Below, one piece after another: positions 21,237-33,995 of a stretch of 64,000 nucleotides of DNA. The DNA lies in NCBI RefSeq assembly GCF_018350175.1, contig NC_058368.1, positions 45,448,001 through 45,512,000 of the forward strand. Direction: 5' to 3'. The stretch comes from Felis catus. Lineage: Eukaryota. A program made the position numbers and the translations under genes. Position 1 is the stretch's first letter. Every line of letters begins with the position of its first letter. The notes under the pieces are model-generated. The model saw only the letters and a program-made list of their open reading frames with translations, did no database searches and was not told the DNA's origin.

Positions 21237-24200
21237 AAATAGAAATGAACTTTTATATATTTACAAGGCAAGATTTACAATAAATACATAGCATTTACTA
21301 AATATTTATGCTATGCAAAATATTCCAAAATGATACAAAATCATCAACTTTTCTAATTAATTTTGGGAAGATCACCTATTACACACCTCAATGCTTGATG
21401 ATGTGGCACCATAAGTAACATTATAGCACCAAATATAGAAATAATGGAAACTTAGCAACTCTTAGGTTTGGAGGGAAGTGTAGTAAAAAACAAAAATACA
21501 TATCATTCCAAAAATAAAATCACAGACATAAATTTAATAGCTAGTGCTCTTCCAATCTGTGATACAAGCAGATGATAAACTTTTCTTTTTGGTTTTCCTT
21601 AACCAGTAAAATTATTTAAAACAATTATATACACATGATAATCTTAAAAAAAAATAGTAAATTTCCCAAATTGGAAATTACTCAGTCTATATTTCCTATA
21701 AATGTCGCAGTAAATTCAAAGAGCAGTGATAGAAATAAAATCAATTTATTAATAAATACATCATAACAAAAATAGTATACTGCCCCAAACCAACTATCAA
21801 TAAAATAGAAAAAAAAAAAGCTGTAAATCTGTGGTACTTTTCTTTGTTTATCTTTGAAACACATCAATGTTATATACATTTTTAAGTGAAAGATTCAACA
21901 GAGCTAATGAGGAATTTAAATTTTAAAAATTGTTTAAAATAATTCTAATGAAAACAGAAAAAGATGTAGAATTTGATCTAATTTTTGCATTAAAAAGCTA
22001 TTCTAAAGCAGATGTAGCAACATTATCTTATTTAAAAATTGATGAGTGTTTCTAAGAAATTATCTTATTAATTCAAGAAAAAATAGAGTACTCAAAGTGT
22101 ATGCGTGTGATAAATATGGCATTGGTAAATTAATTCTGTTAGATAACTGCATCCATAAATGACACCATGACAACTGTCTCATATTTTCAAAGTGCTGATC
22201 AAGTAATCTAGTCCAACATAAATAAAAAGGTGAAATACTTTGCGATTAATTTTACAATCATAAATCCCAAATAGCAAAGCCTGATATAATATAAAAAATA
22301 TAATATAAAATAATATAATATAAAATAATATATAACATAATATAATAAATATAAGCTGTAATATTATAACTGATAATATAACACAGAAAGTAATAATATA
22401 AACTCATGTCATGTATGAGCATTCAGACAAATAATATCAGAAAAAATAGTGGCCTAATCCAGCAATATACTAAAAGGATAGTTTACTATAACCAAATAAG
22501 GCTTATTATATGGTAGTTGAAAAGCCAATTGGTATAATCAACTAGAGCAATAATTCAACAGAAATAATTAACAAACTAATAACTAATAAAATCCATCTTG
22601 ATAAAGTTTTAAAAATAAATTGGTATAAGTCAAGTTTATTCATCTCAAAATATTTTATAAATAAAGATATGGTTTGATATGATGAATAGTATCTAATCAA
22701 AACATCATTCATACTACTAAATATATTTCTATCAGAATCTGGAAATTTATCATAATTAACCATATTAATATACATTTAAATATATTTAAGATATACATAT
22801 ATTTGTTTCTCAAAATGTAAAGATGGTATAGACCTAACAAAATATTCTCATGGACATTTTCAATTAACTTATTCATTATAATATTATTTTAATGTAGATA
22901 AATTAAAAGTACCTGTAAACTAATTACCCTGACTCTTTTAGAAATACAAAATCCAAGTAAACTGAATACAAAGCAATGAAATGTAAGATCTGGCCACCAG
23001 TTTCATATGAAAGACAATATTATTTTGATGCAATAAAAGTCTTCTTTAAACATAAGTATGACAGTAGCCACTGTTGGAAAAGTTTCCTTAAAGTTCAGCA
23101 TTTCTATATAAGCCCATGCCAAGATTATTTGAATAATTCATTATTATGCCGTACCTTTTCCAGGCCAACAATAAATAAATAAATGAAAACATCATGATTG
23201 TAGTATATCTAACTTTCCTTTCCCTTTAGTCACTGACAATTAAAGTCGTACACTGCTATACTACTATGTCACACAATGTCCTTTGCACGCACTGGCAAAT
23301 CCATATATAATTTTTTAAATAGCTTAAGTGACTATACTTTAATATTTAAAAATAGCCTTATAATTCTGAATTGTTACCAAAAGTGTTTTTGTATGCAATT
23401 ATTTAAGTAATTTAAATATACTCAGATAAATCCAGGGGCCCACAAGGACTACCATTGCCATTTTGAGATTAAATTGTGTCAGTCTAACCAAAACATTCAT
23501 CTATTAAAACAACACATTAAAGTTAATCACTCCCTTTTTAGTGTTCACCTGCATCACTGTAATCAACATCTGTAAATGGTATTGACAATCTATCTGGATA
23601 CACAAGGAAATCAACTAAAAATTATTATACCTAAGAGGGCTCAGGAAAACAAAATATATCATGATGCTTAAATTATTTGTCCTAAGTGCTTATTTTCTCT
23701 ACCTATCTTTTCAGTGGTAAAACACAAAACTCCCAGCCACTTAACAACATGTGTTCTATGGCAAATTAAGTCTATGTGTTTCAATTTATCCCAACTTATG
23801 TACCCAGTGCCACAAAAGATTGTCATATTTCATTTACTAATCCACAACTTTAAATTGCTTGGAACAAGATAGACAAAGAAATTGTGTGGGGATTTACTCT
23901 CATTGTCTTGGGAAGAATCAAATCCTTTTACAAATTGGAGCTAATAGTGGTCACTGTATAGTGTAGTTCAAAATCGTTAGGACTGTATTATATGACTCTA
24001 GAGTACAGTATATTTTTAAACACTGAGTCTGCAGTCTTAATATTTTATGAATATTTTATTTTATAAGTTGTAAGTTATGAGTTTTCATAACCTATGAAAA
24101 GGCCTTAGAGGTACATAATATTGAATGCTTGTTCATGAAAAATTGCATATTTGTGAATTCATCAGCAAAGTAAAGGAGAAAAATAACAAAAAGCTCAAGA

Positions 24201-24504
24201 TTGGCAATTGGGAATGTGAGCAATGGTCCCATGATTACTATTTATGAATTAACTGGGTTTCACTAGGTAGGTCACTTTGTTTGGATCTTGGTTTCCTTAT
24301 CTGTCACAATCAAAGCGCATGGATAGGAAAACCACTGAAGGCCCCCAAGTCTGAAATGTTGTTTCTATTGTGGTGATCATTCTATCATATTTGCTTGGAT
24401 AATTATGTTTCACACATACTTCAGGCTACTAAAGCCTGCCTATCCCACAAGCTATACTTCTGGTAACATTTTATCAAGATTTCTTTAACCATTTAGACAA
24501 ATTT

Positions 24505-24722
24505 AAATTTTTTTTAACTTTTTTTATCTTATTTTTGAGACAGAGAGAGACAGAGCATGAACAGGGGAGGGGCAGAGAGAGAGGGAGACACAGAATCTGA
24601 AACAGGCTCCAGGCCCTGAGCTGTCAGCACAGAGCCCGACGCGGGGCTCGAACTCACGGACCGTGAGATCATGACCTGAGCTGAAGTCGGACGCTCAACC
24701 GACCAAGCCACCCAGGTGCCCC
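24505..24722 (-). mobile_element. CanSINE, relatively young (CpGs retained)
   Basis: TSD AACCATTTAGACAAATTTAA on both sides. Confidence 0.94.
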
Positions 24723-24870
24723 AACCATTTAGACAAATTTAAGTAGCTTCTCTTTAAATTTCTATAGTTTGTATAATATGTAGTATATTGGGTTTTACAG
24801 TATTCATATGACTAATACGGTCCTTGTCAGTTCATCTGTCTTGATTCCAAACTAGAAGTCAGGAAATACT

Positions 24871-24963
24871 TATTTTTTTAATTTTATTTTTTTAACGTTT
24901 TTTTGGTTTTTGTTTTTGTTTTTTGTTTTTTTTTGGAGAGAAAGAGAACTTGAACAGGGGAGG

Positions 24964-25017
<54 letters not shown>

Positions 25018-25145
25018 ATCCGAAGCAGGCTCCATGCTCTGAGCTGTCAGTAGAGACCCCAAATGCAGGGCTCAAACTCACCAACTCAAGATCATGACCT
25101 GAGCCAAAGTCAGTCGCACAACTGACTGAGCCACCCAGGCGCCCC
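24871..25145 (-). mobile_element. CanSINE with long (GA)n
   Basis: TSD TCAGGAAATACTT. Confidence 0.93.
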
Positions 25146-26595
25146 TCAGGAAATACTTATTATTCATTTTGATGAGTCCCATTCTTCTGCATCACTCCTT
25201 CCCCAAGGACCTTATTGTGTGCCACATGTACATGGCAGATAATTTTAATAAAAAGTGTATTGGACAAACCCAGGAAACTGGGCTATCTCAAACTTAAATC
25301 TTAAACTGCCTAAGAGAGCTGCTGGGTCTTCCTCTTAACTTATTTGGCCTTAGCAGTTCTTTGGATAGTCCCTGGAAATCTCGGCCCTGAATAAGTCATT
25401 GCTGATTTCAGAATTCGCTAATGGTATTGTCCTCCTCGTTTCAAATTTGCTACCCACTATCCCAACTCCTAACCCTGCATCTCTTTCATGGGCCAGATTT
25501 TTGTATTTTTGTCAGAAATTTTGACAAAGCTCTTTTTCAGTAGTTCTCCATTAGGAAAATATTTTAACCATTTAGAAGACAAAGAAGTTTAAAAATTTTG
25601 TATTTTTTTTCAGAAAATTTATCAGAAACTTAGACCAACAAGGTCTTTTTCAGTATTTTCACCACTAGGAAAATCTTTTTTAAACATGTTGAAGAAAAAG
25701 AATTAAAGAAAATGGTATCTGGGGAATGGCCTTCAAATCACTGTAATGTACCTTTATCAGAGCATTGATCACACTTCATTTTAATTGCATGTTGACTTTT
25801 TACTGCCCATTGGACTATGAATTTCTAAGGGCAGGGATTTTTGTCTTTTATCTCTGTTTACTCAGTACTTAGCATAAAGCCTGCCAGAGCACCCACAGAG
25901 CACGCAATATCTGAATAAACAAGCTCGGAGCCAGGGTGTGGGTGGAATACATGAAAAGTATAAATTGTGGTTGATGCCTTAGAAAAGCTCACAACCTATT
26001 TATGGTGACAATCTGGGGTGTATAAAATATGGCACTAGAAAAATCATTGAGTAATTCCTAGATCTCATTGTCTTTGAGGAAATAAAATACTGCTAGTACG
26101 AATCTAAACATTCAGTGAAGTGATGGAAACCTGTAAGAAGTATGGGGATGTTAAAAAAAAAGTTAATTAATTGAGCCTATAATACTTCTGCACATCGCAT
26201 ACTATTCTAGAATGCTCAAAAATGTTAAAATGGATATATAAAGAAAGCTGACATAATAAATTGGTATGATTCAAGTGACAACACGGAAATCCCCAGGTAA
26301 ATCTGGGAAGAAACAAATCAAAACTAATGGCATTCTTCTCAGTGAATATTGATACAAACATAAATTATAATTTCCATTAAGTTCATGAAGTGTTAATTAA
26401 AATTCTGCTCTACAAAGCATTACATACTATATGTGTATAAATGTTAGTGATAACATATTTTACTACTCCTAATTTATCATCTTCAAAATGCTGTACACTC
26501 CAAGAAATACAATAGGCAGATTTGATCTTTGTGAGGAATTGCCTTGTCTACATTGATAACTGTATTATTTTCCAGAAATAATTCCTTTTGAGATA

Positions 26596-26685
26596 TGTGT
26601 ATATGTGTGTGTATGTATGTGTGTGTATATGTGTGTATATATATATGTGTGTATGTATATATATATATATATACACACACACACA
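26596..26685. repeat. Compound (TG/TA/CA)n microsatellite
   Basis: Direct reading. Confidence 0.9.
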
Positions 26686-28450
26686 TCCCTCAAATGAAAC
26701 TATCATAACTTTATGTTTTTCTAATCTATATTACGTGAAAATATCAAGGGGGATTTTCCACTCTAAAATGTGAGGTCTTTAATGCATTTGATATTAATAA
26801 TATTTTACTTTTCAAAGGTAGGTCCACCAGTAATTTCAGTTATTTCTGTATACTACATAATATTCAATTTATTTTTTCTAATTATTTTCTCTTAACTGAT
26901 GAAGAGATTAACATCTGATTTCTCATTTTTGTGTAAGTAACCATATATTTATAGGAGGGCTACACTAGAAAAAGCCTGAAACATCAATATTACTATGATA
27001 GCTTCCTATTAGTTTGGCGTATATAAACATTTTCTTAAAGTACAATAAAAAAAATCAGGAAATCTAATTTTCCCATTCCATTTCAGCATTCGAACCTCCA
27101 TCTTAGGGGTCAGAGCCACCTTCCAAAAGTAAGATCCTTGAGTTTACTTTGACTACCAGATTTTGCATGTTTTGCATATGTAAAAACACTAATGGACAAA
27201 TAACTAGGGGAAATTCCTCCTCAATAAGATTAATGTTATTATTATGACGGTTAGCATGTGTTGAACCTATTTTCCAGACACTGCACTGAATGCCTTATGG
27301 TCAATTTGCTTTTTTGCTTTTTTTTCTTTTTACAAATGAAGGTTACAAAAATTGTATATTTGGTCAGCGTGACATAGCAGAATCGAATTTAAGGTACAGT
27401 TTTTATGTCTTCAAGCTTGTACTTCATAGACTACTCCATGAAATTCTATTCTGTTAAGACATACTGTAACATATCTCATTTTTATAAGGTGAAAGGGGCA
27501 TGACAATGCTTTTTGCAAGAAAGAAAGCATGCCAATGATATTCATAACACCATCACGGACTATTTTGAGAGTGGGTTTTGGAATAATGAGAATTTAGAAA
27601 GCACATGAGAGTCTATGTACAGCCATATACAGAAACAGTTAATCATTGCTACGGGTAGTCATTTGGATGGGAAGAAATCCATATAGAAATCACACATTTT
27701 TCTTCTCCTTGATTCCTTTAAGAAGAGTCACAGAGAATGCATTTCTGGACATTCTTGAAAATTCAAGCTTCTCTGGACTTTGAGCCAGTATCTACTACAT
27801 ATTATCAAAGGGAATTTATGTTTCTTAGCTTAGTACATAGTTAACGGGGCTTAAAATGAATTAATTTGACATCAGCTTGTCCAACTTGTGTCAGGCACGT
27901 AAGGAAACAGGCTCAGAGGAGCTAACGCTAGTCACCCATGGCAAAGGAAAGCACGGTTTTTAATAATTAGAAGAGATGAAATCCATTCCCAATTTGAGGC
28001 CACTTCTGCACATTCCAGTTCCTTTATATGAGATATATATGAGATATATTAACCTTATTTTATACTTATGAGATGCCAGTGTATTTCTCATAAGATTTCT
28101 GTAAAAATGCCAAAGAACTATGCAAAAGTGAAGTTTTAAATGACCTTCCAGGCAATACAGTTATAGGGTGACAGAGCATAGGTGCTGGTTATAGGGAGGG
28201 GAGTGGACCAGGAATATCATCCTGCCACTCAAGGAGATCTCCCTGGAATATCCCTCCTCAAGACAGGACACAAAATACCAGGTCTAGTCCACTACATTTG
28301 TATGACTGCTTCATGAACTGAATTAAAAACATAATTCAAACAATTAAAAACAAAACAGTTTTTTTTTTAAATCAAGTAATTCGTTATCACAAGGCTATTG
28401 AGTCTAAGCATCAGAATTTATTGTGAGGACAAGTTTAAACTGAGCCACTA

Positions 28451-28662
28451 TGGGCTCAGTCAGTTAAGCATTTGACTCTGTTTCAGCTCAGGTCATGATC
28501 TCATGGTTTGTGAGTTTGAGCCCCGCATCATGCTCCACGCTGACGGTAAGGAGCCTGCTTAGGATTCTCTCTCTCTCCCTCTCTCTCTGCCCCTCCCCTA
28601 CTCACACATTCTCTCTCTTTCTCTCAAAATAAGTAAATAAAGAAACTTTAAAAAATAAAATA
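28451..28662 (+). mobile_element. CanSINE
   Basis: Body and A tail; near-TSD TAAACTG(A/G)GCCACTATG. Confidence 0.9.
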
Positions 28663-29403
28663 AACTGGGCCACTATGACATCTGATGAAATCTTCTTGAG
28701 AAAGATGATACTTCTTTTGTGTGCAGAATGTGGAAAACAAGAACATCATCTGGAGTCAAACAAATGAAAAATGAACGGTGACTCCATCATTTGTTGGGTG
28801 ATCCAGGGAAAGCTACTTAATCTAGATATTGGTGTCTCAATTTCTTCTTTGTAAAATAGGGGAAATTATAGGCCGCAGCCCAACGTATTGGAGGAAGGAC
28901 TAGTTACATAGTATTTGCAAATTATGCAAAATACAGCAGTCTCTAGGATGCAGTGTAATTGCTAGTAGTATTAGTCCAAAACAAACAATAGCAATTCATA
29001 AACCTGAGATGACCACTTCTTTTCCTTTTAAGGCATTTCTTCGTTCTTTGTTTGTTAATAACAAAAGTTAAGCTATAAACCTTTTATATTCAAACGTGCC
29101 CTGAGTAAAATTTCAGATTTTTTATTCTTTGATACAAAATGTACCCTACTCTGCAGATCACACTGAGTACATATTAATGATGTTAAGTGCTTGCTCTTAT
29201 GAAATGGAACCTAATGTCCAAAATCTGGAGACCTTTCTACTATAACTTCCTAGGCAGACAACAGTAAACAAGCTGTGGCCACTCACGGTCCCTTAACAAG
29301 GACTGTTCAGTCCTGTTGCTGCAGATATTGGACTGTACTACTGGTATCACATGATGATCACATGGCAAAACAAGCATGTGAAAAGGAACAGTTGTGTTTC
29401 TTT

Positions 29404-30487
29404 GAAGCAGTAGATCTAATACCTTTTGGTTTCAGGGTCTTCTATACATTTAAAAATCATTAAGCACCCCCAAACAACTTTTGCTTCTTTGGGTTTTATC
29501 TATGAATGTTTGATGAATTAAAAATTAAAACTGAGAAATCTTAAGAATACTGTTAGCTTATACATCAATAAATCTGCAACATATAAACAAAAAATGACAA
29601 ACTACCACATCATCTAAGACAACAATTACTGAAATCTTTTGTAGATTTTTAAAATATTTGGCTTATTAGAAGGCAACTAGTTTTTCATATCTGCTTCTGT
29701 ATTAAATCTGTTGTAATATATGTTTCAGTGAAAATATAAAACAGTAAATACGGCCTAATGCAAACATGTTTTTGAAAATAGAAAATTTAAAAGACTTTTG
29801 AGAAAATGATGGATATTATTTGAAATTCCTCTAAATAGGTAGTAACAGTTCCTTAAGTATGAATTACAATGCAGAATCTTAATTCACACTAAAGCTGCTA
29901 CTTTAGTCCAATATTCTCTCTTGTCCTTTTTTTAATGTTTTTTAAAGTTTATTTATTTTGAGACAGTGGGGGGAAGGGCAAGGGAGGTGGGGGGGGAAGA
30001 GAGAGGGAGAGAGGGAGAGAGGGAGAGAGGGAGAGAGGGAGAGAGAGAGAGAGAATATACCAAGCAGTCTCTGTACCTTCAGCACAGAGCCCAATGTGGG
30101 GCTCGATCTCATGAACTAGGAGATCATGATCTGAGTCGAGCTCAAGAGTAGGGGGCTCTGTATTCAAAAATTGAGATTTCAAAAAAATGAACATTCTTTG
30201 CTAAATCATCAAGGCATTCTTAAGTAAAAGCTGCTTCTTTTTTCAAACATATTCTTATATACTGGTGAAGATACAACGATAACTAGTAGGTTTAACTTGA
30301 CTGTCTTAACTCATGCTAACACACTGGCAGTCTTACCCATGACTGTTTTTCACCAGGGATAAAAATATCAATTGAGAGGAGATGGCAGATAGTGTTTTGG
30401 CATATTATGCAACACATTTGACCACAGAGAGACATCTGAAAGATCATTGGAACCTCTGGAGTTTTAGGGAACACTTTCAATGAATTG
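29404..30487. mobile_element. Charlie1-like hAT DNA transposon fossil interrupted by a SINE
   Basis: Start resembles remembered Charlie1 terminus (CAGTAGATCTAATACCTTTTGGTTTCAGGGTC...AAAATTAAAACTGAGAAAT); end ...GGAACACTTTCAATGAATTG. Confidence 0.6.
29927..30150 (-). mobile_element. 5'-truncated CanSINE
   Basis: T tail, (GA)-rich tract, CAGCACAGAGCCCAATGTGGGGCTCGA. Confidence 0.85.
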
Positions 30488-30557
30488 TTTACTTATAGCA
30501 AGGTTTGAGCTGGTTGCATCTTCCCTAATATATTTCCTTTTAAAAACTGTGATTATT

Positions 30558-30774
30558 GGGGCGCCTGGGTGGCGCAGTCGGTTAAGCGTCCGACTTCAGC
30601 CAGGTCAGGATCTCACGGTCCGTGAGTTCGAGCCCCGCGTCGGGCTCCGGGCTGATGGCTCAGAGCCTGGAGCCTGTTTCGGATTCTGTGTCTCCCTCTC
30701 TCTCTGCCCCTCCCCCGCTCATGCTCTGTCTCTCTCTGTCCCAAAAATAAATAAACGTTGAAAAAATAAATAAA
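30558..30774 (+). mobile_element. Very young felid SINE (SINEC_Fc-like)
   Basis: CpG-rich GGGGCGCCTGGGTGGCGCAGTCGGTTAAGCGTCCGACTTCAGCCAGG; perfect 17-bp TSD TAAAAACTGTGATTATT (30541-30557, 30775-30791). Confidence 0.95.
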
Positions 30775-31384
30775 TAAAAACTGTGATTATTTAAGAGTTC
30801 ACCTATAGCTAGCTGCAAAATGTTCCTAGAGAACATTCAAATGAAAATAAGGGAATTTAGCATGTCAAAGATTAAATACTTTGCCTAAGGTCACAGAAAA
30901 GACTAAGGATATAACTAAGATTTAGGCCTTTTTGAAAAATCCAGTTCTCGCTCCTGTGGTGCATTTCGTTGTAATTTAATCTCATAAAATAAAATTTTCT
31001 AAGGCATTAATTCTTTCTAAAACGTTTCCAACTTCTGACAAATCTTTGACAGAAATCTTCTGGACTCAGAAATTACATGTCTTGAAATTTTAAAGATCAC
31101 AAATTCATAACAGATTTAAAACATAATATGAAGAAAATATATGATGTAACTAATAGGGAAAACACTGAATACTTACTTCTCAATAAAATATGAACCATAT
31201 GTAAAATACATTTCTAGGCTACATGTCTTTAGTATAATTTAAGAATAATATATATTAAACCTTATTTTTTGTCAGCTGTATACATTATCAATCATTAATT
31301 GCTATCTGTAAAAATCCACTGTTGCCTATTTAAACCAGCTAGAAATACTGAAAAAATGTTCTCTAAATAAAAATAATTATTTTA

Positions 31385-31625
31385 GGGGCACCTGGGTGAC
31401 TCAGTCAGTTGAGCATCTGACTTCAGGTCAGATCATGATCTCACAACTTGTGAGTTCCATCGAGCCCCACGTCAGGCTGTGTGCTGACATCTCAGAGCCT
31501 GGAGCCTGCTTCAGATTCTGTCTCTGTTTCTCTTTCTGCCCCTCCCCTGTGCGTGTGCTTGCTTGCTCTCTTTTTCAAATATAAATAAACATTAATGAAA
31601 TTTTAAAAAATGGTTTTAAAATAAA
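31385..31625 (+). mobile_element. CanSINE
   Basis: Typical head, body and tail. Confidence 0.92.
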
Positions 31626-31799
31626 TGATTGTAATTTTGAATTGTAAAGTATTGTTGTAAAACACCAATTAGAAAGCAAAGTATTAATACTGTTACTTCC
31701 AGTTTTTCCTATATATCTTTTAATAACAGTGATCAAATACTTAGGGATATTAAAGCTATAAGAATGAAAATATTTACTTAGGAAAGCCCATATGTATTT

Positions 31800-31800
<1 letters not shown>

Positions 31801-31858
<58 letters not shown>
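31801..31858. repeat. (GT)17(AC)12 self-complementary microsatellite
   Basis: Direct reading. Confidence 0.95.
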
Positions 31859-31868
<10 letters not shown>

Positions 31869-33769
31869 TTTTACAGTAAAGGAGTTGTGTATTGGTAAAC
31901 CTATTGGCCTTCAGATTTCAAGAATTTTGGTCCCAAATTAAGTCTGAGGTTTATATCTTTTCTGATTAACTAAAAATATAACATTTCACTTTATATGTAC
32001 TCTGCTATTTTTTGAACATTTCTTTAAAGGCCACACAGTCTTTACCTCTGTAGCCCTTCATGCCAAACATTGTTCTTTTCATATAGTGTATGCTTAATAA
32101 ATGCTGGTCAAATGGACTTTTTAAATGTATATTTAGAACTCCCCATTTTCTTGGTAGAATAATGTTCATATGACCTATGAATGATGGAGAGTAAGATGAA
32201 GAATGGATCATTTAGATTTCATTTTCTAGAGCACATGGCCTTTTTTATATGCCAGCATAATGGATACATGGGTGCAGGGAAGCTGGGGAATTTTTCTCCT
32301 GGGTCTGTTTCATATTTATCATCTATGTTGCCACTGGGTACACAAGGTCTATGCACTTTCTAAGAGGATTTCTGCCTAGAGAGCTATATGTTATTTTTCT
32401 GCTAAGATGATCAGTATAAAAATGACAAAGTATTTGCAGCCAGAGTTCAAAAGTAGTTCCTGAAACTAGATCATGTTTTTCTCAGTCTTAATGGAGTCAA
32501 CAGTGTAGCTGATTTTTTAATGCTTATTCTCCCATATAGAGAAGAAAGCCCTGAAGACTCACTTGGTCTAAAATTAATAAACTAAGCAAAGGAAAGGCCA
32601 GTTAGTTTACTGTCTATGTGAATCAAAAGGATGCGTGAATAAGCTACTGCCCAATCTACAATTATATTTATGCAGCCTAACAAAGCGGTGCCATTGTGTT
32701 TGTTTCCAGGACTTTGTCAATTAAGGTAATGGTAAAATTTACTGTGAAGGGTCTTGATATCCCAAAGAAGGATGTTGAAAAGTCACCGTTGATCTTGTTA
32801 CTATTTATGAAACATTTCAACCCAATAATATTGTAGGTGCCCCTCTGCCATTTTTATGATAAAAGCACTTAAACTTGACAGTATAGATATTCTTGAATAT
32901 CCAAATAATTGAACTACAATATTTATAACCATCTCTTCACATCTCTGTCCAGAAGATGTACAATTACAAAATAAACAAAAAACACAATTCAAGAGAAAAT
33001 ACTGACTTGAGCGGACTAGAATTGAATGGTATTAATCTCCCTCAGCTGCAGTCTTAAATGCATATGTGTGTAGAGAGAGACAGAGATTGAGGGGAAATTT
33101 CATTTGTTAAATTTTGGATTCTTAATGTTTGTATTTATTTTTATGCTCTGTATTTCTTAAGTTAAAGGGATACAGGAACAAAAGATGAAAATAGATTAGG
33201 AGGTAAAATTGGAAGTGTAAGGACTAAAGGCTATTCCTAATTTTCTTCTGACTAAAGACTAAGATTTAGACATTCCACTGAATATTATTTTTAAAATTCA
33301 CTTTCTTAAAATCTTAAATGTTAGTTTTCTTATTTAGTGATGATAATACCTCTAAAACGTATATCGGAAGTGACTGCCATATGTTGTACAATTAAATCAG
33401 TCAATACTGTTATATAATCATTCAAATTGTATCTATTGCAAAGAATATGAGAAAGTGTTATTTGGTACCATATGATTTGGAGAAGAATTTTGCTTGGTGT
33501 AAGATTGTCTTTTAATGGCAAGGTTGTTCATATAAACAACATGTGTTAGTGTAGAATTATTCTAAGTAGTATTATCTAGCACAGTTTCTAAGACTCCAAA
33601 AACTTCTGCTGGGACCATTAATTTTAGAGAATACCCATCAATTTTAATATTTTTATCATTAGAATGAATGCTTCCATATTGCTTACCTTTTTTTGTAATG
33701 AGTCCACTTCAGTGTTAAAACACTTAAAATTTGTCTAACACACAATGAAGATGACGATGACAAGAAAAG

Positions 33770-33995
33770 TTGCTACTGCTCAAAAGCACCTATTACGTGC
33801 CAAATAATACACCAAATGCCATACATGCATGATTTTTGTCAATCCTCACGATGACTTTTAGGCAAAAACCACAATATACTCAATTTGCAGATGAGAAAGT
33901 GTGTCTCAGGGAATTCAAAACTTGTCCAAGGTCACCTACTATTAAATGACAAAATGGAGATTCAAGCCCAGGTTCTGACTCCAAAGCCCAAACGC
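33770..33995. mobile_element. MIR fossil
   Basis: Core-like CAATTTGCAGATGAGAAAG...AACTTGTCCAAGGTCAC...GGAGATTCAAGCCCAGGTTCTGACTCCAAAGCCC. Confidence 0.75.

Noticed and set aside
22542..22775. AT-rich ORF with virus-like amino-acid composition
   Set aside because: Composition follows from very AT-rich, probably decayed L1-like DNA; no motif support.
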